From: Oscillatoria acuminata PCC 6304
GTDB lineage: Bacteria > Cyanobacteriota > Cyanobacteriia > Cyanobacteriales > Laspinemataceae
Length of the DNA stretch: 64,000 bases
Assembly: GCF_000317105.1 (NCBI RefSeq)
Contig: NC_019693.1
Span: forward strand, 3,967,227-4,031,226
Direction of reading: 5' to 3'
Position 1 is the first letter of the stretch. The number at the start of each line of letters is the position of its first letter. The translations under genes and the position numbers were made by a program. This document shows positions 28,567-39,500 of the stretch, piece by piece. A model generated the notes under the pieces. That model was not told the DNA's origin, searched no databases, and was given only the letters and a program-made list of their open reading frames with translations.

Positions 28567-30188
28567 GATCCTCCCAAATTCAATTGGGTAGCGAGGGCAA
28601 TTTGGTCGTCTAATACCGCATCGATATCGGCTTCAGTGGTGAGGGGATTGGCAAGGGCGGCCCGTAATGCCACGATCGCCATCGGTCCATATCGAGTGGT
28701 CTGAGTAATCGTGCGGGCGATAAACGTTTTTCCCGCGTGACGTTGGGCTTTTTGTAGCTGTTCGTTGACTAAATCAATGGCTTGATTTTGGGTTTCGGTT
28801 AACTCTCCTTTAGCGACAAATTCTCGCAATTGTTCGGGAATGTAACGATAAATCAGCAGATTAATTTCCGGTTCGGCTAACAGTTCAAATTCCGGACTTA
28901 AGCGAACCTGTTCAGCCATATACTGAGTTTTGCGAATCCCTTCATCAATTAAAAATTCATAGCCTTTCAGCCCGATCGCGTGCAAGCCAGCGTGCAGAAA
29001 CAGGGACATAGCAGGGCGCGACCCTTCTAGCGATCGCTGACCCAAATCTGCCGACCCTTCCCGGACTGTATAACAGGCGTGTTTTTCGATTGCTTTTGCC
29101 AGTTGGGGGTTCTGGAACATCACCATACCAATTCCCATCGGTGCATACAGTTGTTTGTGAGCATCGATTGTGACCGAATCCGCCTGTTCAATTCCTGCTA
29201 ACTTATGGCGATGTTGTTGGGAAAAGATTAACGGTCCTCCCCAAGCGGCATCAACGTGAAAATGTACCCCCGCTGCTTGGGCGATCGCTGCCATTTCTTC
29301 TATGGGGTCGATTCCCCCTGAGTCGGTGGTTCCGGCAATGCCAACAATGGCGATAATATGTTGCTTTTGGGCGCGACATTCGGCAACGGTTTCCCGCAGG
29401 CAGTCCAAATCAATTCGGTTGTGGCGACTGGCAGGAATTTTAATTAATCCTTGACTGCCTATTCCTAATAAATCCGCTGCCTTTTCAAAAGAATAGTGCA
29501 TCAAACTCGACCCGATAATCACTTGTCCTTGGTATCCATAGAACTCCAAAGCAGCAGCTAACCCTTCTTTTTCAATGCCTTTAAAATCACCCTTCGGCCC
29601 CAATGAGCTATTACGGGCGCACCAAATTGCGGTGAAATTAGCGCTAGTTCCCCCGGAAACCACCATCCCCAGAGTGCTATGGGAATTTTGCAGATGGTAG
29701 TCGTAAAATTCATCGGGAAATTGATACAGCGATCGATGTAAAATGCCTAACGCTTGGCGTTCATAAGGGGTAAAGGCTTTCGCGGTTTCTGTCTTCACCA
29801 AATTTTGATTCAATGCCGTCATTAGTTTAGCGAGGGGACGCATAAAATGAGGCAATGCTGAGGTCATGTGACCGATAAAACGAGGAGATGAAGTATGAAT
29901 AGAATGGGGAATGAGGGTTTTTGTTAAACTCTCCAAGTAAGTATCAAAACTTGAGGCATCATCTGGGAGGTGAAACTCCTGAAATTGAGCCATCAAATCA
30001 GGAAGCTCAATGTCGCTGCTGGCTTCAATTTGGCGCAAAAATTGATAGGCAATTTTTAAAATTTGTTGATCAACATTTTTTTCCCAGTTTTCCGCCTGGG
30101 GTGAGGGGTCAAAGAGGCTGAGGATAGTCCCTTCAATAGAAGGATTCCAAGTCTCAATAGAGGAATTAACGGGATGAATTTGAAGCAT
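28557..30188 (-). CDS. PLP-dependent group II amino-acid decarboxylase (glutamate/DABA decarboxylase-like)
   Basis: 543 aa, 'HVDAAWGGP', 'DAHKQLYAPMGIGMV' (PLP lysine region), 'SGGTSANFTAIWCARN'. Confidence 0.75.
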   Translation of the reverse strand: MLQIHPVNSSIETWNPSIEGTILSLFDPSPQAENWEKNVDQQILKIAYQFLRQIEASSDIELPDLMAQFQEFHLPDDASSFDTYLESLTKTLIPHSIHTSSPRFIGHMTSALPHFMRPLAKLMTALNQNLVKTETAKAFTPYERQALGILHRSLYQFPDEFYDYHLQNSHSTLGMVVSGGTSANFTAIWCARNSSLGPKGDFKGIEKEGLAAALEFYGYQGQVIIGSSLMHYSFEKAADLLGIGSQGLIKIPASRHNRIDLDCLRETVAECRAQKQHIIAIVGIAGTTDSGGIDPIEEMAAIAQAAGVHFHVDAAWGGPLIFSQQHRHKLAGIEQADSVTIDAHKQLYAPMGIGMVMFQNPQLAKAIEKHACYTVREGSADLGQRSLEGSRPAMSLFLHAGLHAIGLKGYEFLIDEGIRKTQYMAEQVRLSPEFELLAEPEINLLIYRYIPEQLREFVAKGELTETQNQAIDLVNEQLQKAQRHAGKTFIARTITQTTRYGPMAIVALRAALANPLTTEADIDAVLDDQIALATQLNLGGSQF

Positions 30189-30241
30189 GATAGTGACTCA
30201 ATCCAAATACTTTTACAAAGGGTTAGGGTTGTGATGAGGGA

Positions 30242-33200
30242 TTAACTGTTAGAATAGGGGTCACTATTTTTAATAGAATTTCGCCGTTGTTTGCGCCGAT
30301 TCATGGCTGCAATTCGATGAGTTGCCCGGTCTTCACTGGGATGATGAATCGTCGCCGAGTCTGCTGGGGGGACAAAATAGTTGGCTAAAGTGGCGATGGT
30401 GGGATATTGAAACAGGATGACCAGAGGAAATTCACGGTTTAAGGTTTTTTGTAATTGATGGTGAACTTGCATCAGCAGCAATGAATGACCGCCCATTTCA
30501 AAAAAGTTATCGTGAATTCCCACTCGTTCCGCCGACAGCAACTGTTTCCAAACCGAGGCAATAGTTTCCTCGATTTTGGTCCGGGGTTTTTGATAGTTTA
30601 CCCCAGAATTAATAGTTGGGTGACTCGGTTTGGGTAAGGCATGACGGTCAACTTTGCCGTTGGGATTTAACGGCAGGACTTCTAGGGGAACAAAGGCAGT
30701 GGGAACCATGTACTCCGGTAATTTATTCAGGAGGAATTCCCGCCAAGCATTGCTACTCAAATTCCTCCCGGTTTCCCGACAAACTAGATAGGCAACTAAT
30801 CGTTGATTCCCCGGTTCATCTTCCCGGACTATCACCACTGCATTCTGAATTTCGGGATGGGTTCTTAAGGCGGCTTCGACTTCTGCCAATTCAATACGGA
30901 ATCCGCGAATTTTGACTTGATTATCTTGCCGTCCTAAGTATTGAATATTGCCATCGGGGAGATATCGACCTAAGTCCCCAGTTTTATAAAGACGCACTCC
31001 AGGAGAATCATTCCCCGGCATTTTAATAAACCGTTCTGCGGTGAGTTCGGTACGGTTGAGATATCCTCTCGCCAGTCCTTCTCCCCCCACATAAATTTCG
31101 CCCCGGACTCCGATGGGTACAGGCTGAAATGCTTCATCTAAAATGTAAATTTGAGTGTTAGCAATCGGACGACCAATACTCACTTTGTCTGGAATAATTT
31201 CCCCGGGGTGACTCGCATAACAAGTCACATCCGCAGAAACTTCCGAAGACCCATATAAATTCAATAATAGTCTATTTGGCAGACTATTGTGAAAATGTTG
31301 TAATAAATCTACAGAAAGGGCTTCTCCACTGGTGACCCACAAGTTTAAGGCGCTCAATCGTTGGGATAAGTCGGGATAAGTTTCTAACAAGACGCTCAAG
31401 AAAGCTGGGACCAAAACTAAGCGAGTGACTTGTTCTTGGGCCAAAACTTCGATAAATTTCTGGGGATTTTTAACAATTTTATCGGGAATAATGACGGTTT
31501 TAATTCCTTGCAGGAGGGGTCCAAATAGTTCCCAAACAGAATCCACAAAATTTAAGGAAGTTTTCTGACAACAGACCTCTTTTAGAGCAAAAGGATAGGT
31601 CTTCCACATCCAAGCAAATCGATTAATCGCCCCGCGATGGAGACCTTGGACCGCTTTCGGGGTTCCGGTAGACCCGGAGGTATAAATAATGTAGGCGATC
31701 GCATCAGGAGTGAGTTGACGTTGGGGGTTTTCTGGACTCTGGTTCCCTAACCGTTCTCCTTCACTATCCAGACAAATTGTCGGAATGGAATGAGAGGGGA
31801 AAATAGTTAATAAATGCTGCTGAGTCACTAACAGAGAGACTCCCGCATCTTTTAACATAAAGCCCAAGCGTTCTTGGGGATAGGCGGGGTCAAGGGGGAG
31901 ATATGCGCCCCCGGCTTTGAGAATCCCCAGAATCCCGACGGCAGCTAACAGCGATCGCTCAATGGCAATCCCCACAATCGTCTCATTTGTAACTCCCGAC
32001 TGCTGTAAAACATGGGCGAGTTGATTCGCCTGACGGTTGAGTTCTCGATAGGTCAAGGTGCGATCGCCACAAACGAAGGCAACAGCATCGGGAGTCCGTT
32101 CTACTTGTGCCTCGAAGAGGTCAGGAATCGTGCAGTGACGCGGATAATCCGCCTTTGTGCGATTCCACTCCGTCAATAGAGCTTGTTCTGCGGGACTCGC
32201 TAATGGCAACGCGGAGACACGCTGCTGGGGATTCGCGGCGATCGCGGTTAGCAGGTTGTGGAAATGTTCCCCCATCCGGGCCACCGTTGCCGGGGTAAAC
32301 AAGTCCCGATTGTATTCTAAATTGGCCTTGAGTCCCCCCTCCGTCTCCGTGACATATAAGGTTAAATCAAACTTAGCGGTCCCACTATGGAGTTCCACGG
32401 GCGTCATACAGACTCCCGGTAACTGCACCACCGACATCGGCGCATTTTGTAAGACAAACATCACTTGAAATAAGGGAGTCCGACTCAAGTCGCGTTCAGG
32501 CTGCAACGCTTCCACCAGTTTCTCAAAGGGTAAATCCTGATGGGCAAAGGCATCCAGGGCAATATTTCGCACCCGCGCCAACAAATCTACAACGGAGGAA
32601 TTGTCCGATACATCCGTCCGTAAGACAAGGGTATTCACAAAAAAGCCGATCAGCGGTTCGAGTTCCTGGCTGGTGCGGTTGGCAATGGGGGAACCGATGA
32701 GGATATCCCCCTGCCCCGAATACCGCCCCAACAGGATATTAAATGCTGCCAGCAGGGTCATATATAAAGTAACCCCCTGTTGCTGACTCAATGCCTGGAG
32801 GGAGTCCGAGAGAGCTTTGGGTAACCGGAAACTGTGACTCGCCCCGGGGAACGTTTGAACTGGGGAACGGGGACGATCGCCGGGTAAGTCCAACATCGGC
32901 AGAGTGCCACCGAGTTGCTGTTTCCAATAGCTTAATTGTGCCTCTAACACCTCTCCCTGTAACCAGTCACGCTGCCACAGGGCAAAATCGGCATACTGAA
33001 TCGGGAGTTCGGGCAACGGAGAGGGTTTGCCTTGGGAAAAGGCAGCATACAAGGTGCTGAGTTCGCGAATCAAGACGCCAATCGACCAACCATCGGAAAT
33101 AATATGGTGCATCGTGAGAAGGAGTATCCAATCGCAACGGTCCAGTTGGATTAATGTCCCTCGCAACAAAGGTGGACGCGACAAATCAAACCCTTGACTG

Positions 33201-33559
33201 GCATCAGTTTCAGCCAGTTGTCGCCCTTGAGCTTCGCGGCTGGATTCCGGGAGATGCTGAAGGTTGATCCGGTTGAGGGTGAACTCCACGGTTGGGGCGA
33301 TCGCCTGAACCAATTCCCCCTCAGCGAGGGCAAATCCGGTCCTGAAGACTTCATGGCGATCCACGATCGCTTGCAGGCTGTTTTCCAGTGCCAGCACATC
33401 CAGTTCCCCGGTGAGTCGCACTGCTGCGGGGATATTATATACGGCTTTTGTCACCCCTAGGCGATCGATAAACCACAGTCGCTGTTGGGCGAAAGAGGGC
33501 GGAAAAATTGTCACCTCTTCGTCTAACTGTTGTATCTGTTGATTCAATTCCATGACCAT
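30242..33559 (-). CDS. NRPS single module C-A-T with basic C-terminal tail
   Basis: C 'HHIISDGWS'. A 'YIIYTSGSTGTPKAV', 'NLYGSSEVS', 'YKTGDLGRYLPDGNIQYLGRQDNQVKIRGFRIEL'. T 'FFEMGGHSLL'. Ends in a ~45-aa Arg/Lys-rich tail (possible docking). Confidence 0.85.
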   Translation of the reverse strand: MVMELNQQIQQLDEEVTIFPPSFAQQRLWFIDRLGVTKAVYNIPAAVRLTGELDVLALENSLQAIVDRHEVFRTGFALAEGELVQAIAPTVEFTLNRINLQHLPESSREAQGRQLAETDASQGFDLSRPPLLRGTLIQLDRCDWILLLTMHHIISDGWSIGVLIRELSTLYAAFSQGKPSPLPELPIQYADFALWQRDWLQGEVLEAQLSYWKQQLGGTLPMLDLPGDRPRSPVQTFPGASHSFRLPKALSDSLQALSQQQGVTLYMTLLAAFNILLGRYSGQGDILIGSPIANRTSQELEPLIGFFVNTLVLRTDVSDNSSVVDLLARVRNIALDAFAHQDLPFEKLVEALQPERDLSRTPLFQVMFVLQNAPMSVVQLPGVCMTPVELHSGTAKFDLTLYVTETEGGLKANLEYNRDLFTPATVARMGEHFHNLLTAIAANPQQRVSALPLASPAEQALLTEWNRTKADYPRHCTIPDLFEAQVERTPDAVAFVCGDRTLTYRELNRQANQLAHVLQQSGVTNETIVGIAIERSLLAAVGILGILKAGGAYLPLDPAYPQERLGFMLKDAGVSLLVTQQHLLTIFPSHSIPTICLDSEGERLGNQSPENPQRQLTPDAIAYIIYTSGSTGTPKAVQGLHRGAINRFAWMWKTYPFALKEVCCQKTSLNFVDSVWELFGPLLQGIKTVIIPDKIVKNPQKFIEVLAQEQVTRLVLVPAFLSVLLETYPDLSQRLSALNLWVTSGEALSVDLLQHFHNSLPNRLLLNLYGSSEVSADVTCYASHPGEIIPDKVSIGRPIANTQIYILDEAFQPVPIGVRGEIYVGGEGLARGYLNRTELTAERFIKMPGNDSPGVRLYKTGDLGRYLPDGNIQYLGRQDNQVKIRGFRIELAEVEAALRTHPEIQNAVVIVREDEPGNQRLVAYLVCRETGRNLSSNAWREFLLNKLPEYMVPTAFVPLEVLPLNPNGKVDRHALPKPSHPTINSGVNYQKPRTKIEETIASVWKQLLSAERVGIHDNFFEMGGHSLLLMQVHHQLQKTLNREFPLVILFQYPTIATLANYFVPPADSATIHHPSEDRATHRIAAMNRRKQRRNSIKNSDPYSNS

Positions 33560-33590
33560 TGCACCCTCTCCTAAATGTTACCTGATACCC

Positions 33591-36500
33591 TTAGTTCAAT
33601 TCGGAACGCTTCACCTGCCGTCCCTGACGCGATGCCCGGGCGATCGCTGGTACTTTCACCGGGGCTTGTCCCTGGGCGACTGCTTCCCCCAATTGGGCGA
33701 TCGTTGTGGCTTCAAATAGGGTTTTTAGGGGTAATTCCACCTGAAACACTTCCCGGATTCGCGAAATCAGTTGGGTTGCTAACAATGAATGTCCCCCCAA
33801 TTCAAAGAAGTTGTCATACAGCCCAATCCGCTCAATTCCTAGCACTTCTGACCATAATTCAGCGAGTTGCTGTTCTAGGGCTGTGCGCGGTGCCACCCAG
33901 GTTTCCTGGGGTCCGGTGAAGTCCGGTTCTGGCAGTGATTTGCGGTCAATTTTGCCATTGGGAGTCAGAGGCAGGGTCTCTAATTCCACGAAGGCAGTAG
34001 GCACCATGTAGGCTGGTAATTTGGTTTTTAGAAACCCTTTTAAATCGGGGAAAATTAGCTCGGTTGAGGCTTTCACCCAATAGGCGACAAGACGTTCCTC
34101 CCGCAAAGTTACCACCGATTGCTGGACTTGGGGATGTTGTGCGAGGACTGCTTCAATTTCCCCCAACTCAATGCGATAGCCTCGGAGTTTGACCTGGTTA
34201 TCGATGCGTCCTAGGTAATCGATATCGCCGTTGGGCAGATACCGCACTAAGTCGCCGGTTTTATACAAACGTTGGCCGGGTTCGTCAAACGGATTCTGGA
34301 TGAATTTTTCAGCCGTTAATTCGGGACGGTTGAGATATCCCCGGGCCAATTGAACACCACCGATGTAGAGTTCGCCTTTAACGCCGATGGGGACGGGTTG
34401 AAGACTGGGGTCTAAAATATAAATTTGGGTGTTAGCAACGGGACGCCCGATGGGAACGATGTTTAGCGGGCTGGCGCGATCGCACTCCCAGAAGGTGACA
34501 TCCACCGCTGCCTCGGTTGGACCATAGAGGTTATGTAATTTGGCTCCCAACCGAGCCAAAAAGCGATCGGCCAGTTCCTTTGGCAGTGCCTCTCCACTGC
34601 AAAATACTTGTCTGAGACTGTGGCAATTTTCAAGACCCCGCTCCTCCAAGAACACCTGGAGCATTGAGGGGACAAAATGAACCGTAGTAATCTGACTCTC
34701 GGCGATCAGCTTGACCAAATAAGTGCTATCTTTATGCCCATCGGGTTGGGCAACAATCAGCCTTGCTCCCGTTAACAACGGCCAGAAAAACTCCCATACG
34801 GATACGTCGAAGCTGAAAGGAGTCTTCTGGAGAACGCGATCGCTTGCCGTTAACTCATAGCTATCCTGCATCCAGAGCAAGCGATTACAAATTCCCCGGT
34901 GGGTGTTCATCGCTCCTTTTGGCTTTCCTGTAGACCCGGAGGTATAAATTACATAGGCTAAGTTGTCCGGTTCAATCCCACTGACGGGATTCTCATCGCT
35001 TTGGTGAGCAATGGCTGACCATTCCGTATCCAGGCACAATACAAGCGCCTGATTTTCTGGAAGCTCAGACAGCAGTTGCTCGGTGGTCAACAGTATCGGC
35101 ACCTGAGAATCGGACACCATGAACTCCAAGCGTTCCGGTGGATAGGAGGGGTCTAACGGCACATAAGCGCCACCGGCTTTGAGAATGCCCAACAGTGCGA
35201 TTACCATTTCAACGGAGCGATCGATACATAGACCGACTAACCGCTCTGGCTCCACACCCAATCCCTGTAAGTAATGCGCCAACTGATTGGCTTTGGCATT
35301 CAGTTGGCGATAAGTGAGATGCACTCCTGCAAATTCTACCGCGACTTCCTCGGGAGTCAGTTCGACTTGTGCCTCAAATAACTGATGCAGGCAGGCCGTT
35401 TGAGGATAATCTGCCTGGGTTTGATTCCACTGTCCGAGTAACTGCTGTTCCTCGGTAGGAGTCAACAAAGGCAGGTGAGAAATCGGGGTTTCTGGGGCGG
35501 TGGCAACGGCCTCCAGCAAGGTTTGCCAATGTCCCTGCATCCGTTGAATGGTGGCAGGTTCAAATAAATCGGTGTTGTATTCCCAGGTGGCTTGCAGTCC
35601 GCTCTCGGTTTCTCGCACATACAAACTTAAATCGTATTTTGCCGTACCATTGCGATGTTCTAAGGGTTCCAGGGTCAGACCCGGTAATTCCAGGGGAGTG
35701 ACGGGGGCATTCTGGAAGATAAACATCACCTGGAACAAGGGCGAACGACTCAAATCCCGTTCAGGCTGTAACGCTTCTACCAGCTTTTCAAAGGGTAAGT
35801 CTTGGTGTGCATAAGCGCCAAGGGTGACATCTCGCACTCGGGTCAGCAGTTGGGAGAAGCTGGGACTGTCTGACAGATTCGTTCGTAAGACAAGGGTATT
35901 CACAAAGAAGCCGATGGACTGTTCTATTTCCCCGTGGTTGCGGTTGGCAATGGGAGAACCGACCAGAATATCTTCTTGTCCACTATAGCGATACAGCAGG
36001 GTTTTGAATGCTGCCAACAGGGTCATATACAGAGTAACCCCTTGCCGCCCCGATAGCTGCTTGAGTGACTCACTCAATGGATAAGGAAGGGTGAGAGATT
36101 CGCTGTTCCCTCGGAAGGTTTGGACTGGGGGACGGGGTTTATCCGTAGGCAACTCCAACACCGGCAGACTGCCTCCGAGTTGCTGTTTCCAATACCCCAA
36201 CTGGGTTTCCAGAACCGCACCTTGTAACCAGTTTTTCTGCCACAGGGCAAAATCCGCATACTGGATCGGAAGTGCAGGCAGGGGAGAGGGCTTACCTTCA
36301 GAAAATGCCGGATATAGGGCGGCAAGTTCGCGAATTAGGACCGCTGTAGACCAGCCATCGGAGACAATGTGATGCAGGGTAAACAGCAATACCCATTCGG
36401 TTGCACTCAATTGTAACAGTTGACCGCGAAGGAGGCGACTGCTCTCTAAGTTAAAGCCTTGACCCGCTTCTGCTTCTGTAAGACGTCGCACTTCTGCCTC

Positions 36501-39500
36501 GCAATCCTCTGGGGATAAGCCTTGTAGGTCAATCACCGGGAGGGTAAAGGGAGTTGCGGGGATGATCTGCTGCACCGGATGTCTGTTAACCGTGACAAAT
36601 TGAGTTCTCAGGATTTCGTGACGGCGCACAATTTCCGTGAAACACTGTTCTAAGGCGGTAGGGTTCAGTTTTCCGGTAATTCTAACGGCGCGAGGCAGGT
36701 TGTATGACGGGCTGCCCGGGTCGAGGCGGTCCAAAAACCAGAGTCGTTGTTGGGCAAAGGATAGAGGCGCAGTTTCACCCCGAGAGGTGGGAACAATGGC
36801 GGGAATTTCTAAGCCCAGTTCCGCCTGAATTGCCTGTTCGATCCGTTCGGCGAGAGTGCCGAGGGTGGTGGCTTCAAAGAGGGTTTTCAGGGGTAATTCC
36901 ACCTGGAATGTCGCCCGTAATCGGGAAATTGCCTGGGTTGCCAGCAGGGAATGACCTCCGAGGGCAAAAAAGTCATCGTGGATGCTGATCGCCGGGCAAT
37001 GTAACAGTTCCGCCCAAATCCCGGCGATCGCAGCTTCCACAGGGGTGCTTGGGGCGATATACTCCGTCGCTGTTGCTAACTGAGTATCCGGGGTAGGGAG
37101 GGCGCGGCGATCGCGTTTACCGTTGGCAGTCAAGGGTAAGCTATCCATCGCCACAAATGCTGTCGGTATCATATACTCCTGCAACCGTTGTGCTAGAAAC
37201 TCCCGAATTGCCTCAGTGTCCAGCTTCCCAGATGGGACTATATAGGCGACGAGGCGGGGGTTTCCCGGTTCATCTTCTCGCAATGTGACCACCGTTTCGC
37301 GGACTGTGGGATGCTGGGCGAGGACTGTTTCAATTTCCCCTAATTCAATCCGGAACCCGCGAATTTTCACCTGTTCGTCTACCCGTCCCAGAAATTCAAT
37401 GGTCCCGTCGGGGAGATAGCGGGCGCGATCGCCGGTTTTGTAGAGGCGATTTTCTGGGGAAGTCTGGAAGGGATTCGGGATAAATTTATCTTGAGTGAGT
37501 TCGGGACGGTTAAGGTAACCCCGGGCTACTCCGGCCCCTCCGATATACAATTCTCCGGTGACACCAATGGGGACAGGTTGCTGATGCTGATCCAGGATAT
37601 AAATTTGGGTATTCGCAATGGCACTCCCCAGAGGGACTGTTTTCGCGTAGGGAGGATGAGTTTGGGGTACTTCGTAAGTCAGGACCCCGACGGTGGTTTC
37701 TGTGGGTCCGTAATGGTTGAAAATCCGGCAATTGGGAGCCGATTCGCGGATGGTGGCGACTGCCTCCCAAGTTGCGGTTTCCCCACCCAGGACCAAACAA
37801 TGCCGAGGTAGGATATCACTGGGGCGATCGCCGCCTAACAGGGCCATTAAATGACTGGGGACAATTTTCAGGCAGTCGATGGGATGCTGCCGGAAGTATT
37901 CTGCAAGTGCCTCGGGGTCTGAGGACCGCATTTTAGAAATAATATGCAAAGTTCCGCCACATAATGCTGGAAAAATTACTGTATTTCCCAAGTCTGCTGA
38001 CAAGGTGGAGACTAAGGCAAAACTCCCGGGAGTGGGTAAGTTCAGCCGGTCCTGAATGGCGTAACAATAATTCAAAATTTGCCGATGGGCGATCGCCACT
38101 GCTTTCGGTTGTCCAGTCGAACCGGAGGTAAACAGAATATAGGCTAAGTTGTTTTCCGTCGCACTTGGGGCTAAATTTTCGGCACTTTCTCCCTGGAGGG
38201 TATCTCCATCCAGACAGACAAAGGGACAGTTTGGTAAGCGATGGGAGAGGCTTTGTTCTGTTACCACAGCCACAGGCTGAATGTCCTGCAAGCGCAGGGA
38301 TAGAGCTTCCAAAGGCAATTCGGCATCTAAGGGGAGATACGCGCCCCCGGCTTTGAGAATCCCCAGCATGGCGACGAGGGAGAGGTGAGAACGATGGGTC
38401 AAAATGCCAACCACGGCATCGGGACCGACTCCCAATTTCTTTAGGTAATGTGCCAGTTGATTGCTTTGTTCATTTAACTGGCGATAGGTGAGGTGGGTTT
38501 CTTCAAAGACTAAGGCGATCGCATCCGGACTATTGTTAACTGCTTCCTCAAATAGTTGATGCATCCCCTCTTTGATGGGGTAAGACTTCTCGGTTTGATT
38601 CAGTTGAAAGAGAAACTGCCGCTGGGGTTCCGGGAGAATCGGTAACTGAGAAATACCTTGAGTGGGATGGGCGATCGCCTGAATTAGCAGAGTCTCGAAT
38701 TGTTCGGCTAACTGTTGGATATAGTCGTTTGAATAGTGATTTTTATCATAACTTAATTCAGCCTTTAATCCATGAGTCAAAGCTGTAACAGTTAATTTAA
38801 CTTGAAATGGCTCACTGTGGGTAAACGGCTGAGTAATAGAAAAGGAAATTCCATCCACCGACTGAGGTCCCGGGAGGCTGATAAACTCAAATCCGATGGG
38901 AAACCCTACCCGATGGAATTCTAAGGACTCGCTATGAATATAGTCTTGCCATTCCACCGATTCAGTTAAAGATTTCGTCGTTAAATTCACGGCTTTTTTT
39001 AGAGACAATTCTCCCGCCAGATGCAAACGAACCGGCAGGCAATGGCTCAATAATCCAAAGACTGATTCTAATTCTTCATAATCATCGCGGATATTATAAA
39101 TCGTCCCCACAATAAGTTCTGATTCCCCTGAGATTCGATGGAGGAGAATCTGCCAACAAGTCAGCAACAAGACGGCAGGAGAAATTTCCCACTGTTGCGC
39201 TAAGGTTTGAAGTTGGGTTCCCCCTTGAGAGTCAATCGTCCAGGAATAACTCTCGGGAGTAAAAGGTTCCTGAATAGGGGTGAGGATTTGTAACGGCAGT
39301 TTCATCCGTTCTAAGGCAGAGAAATCTTGTTGTTGCCAATAGGCTAAACCAGATTCCACTTCCCCTGCTTCCCCTAATAATTCATGTTGCCATTCGGAGA
39401 ATTGAACATATTGCACCCCCTCTTCCTCGGAGGCATCATCCAATTGACCGGAATAGGCGAGACTAACTTCGGCTACCCAATTTTTGAGAGTGCCATTATC

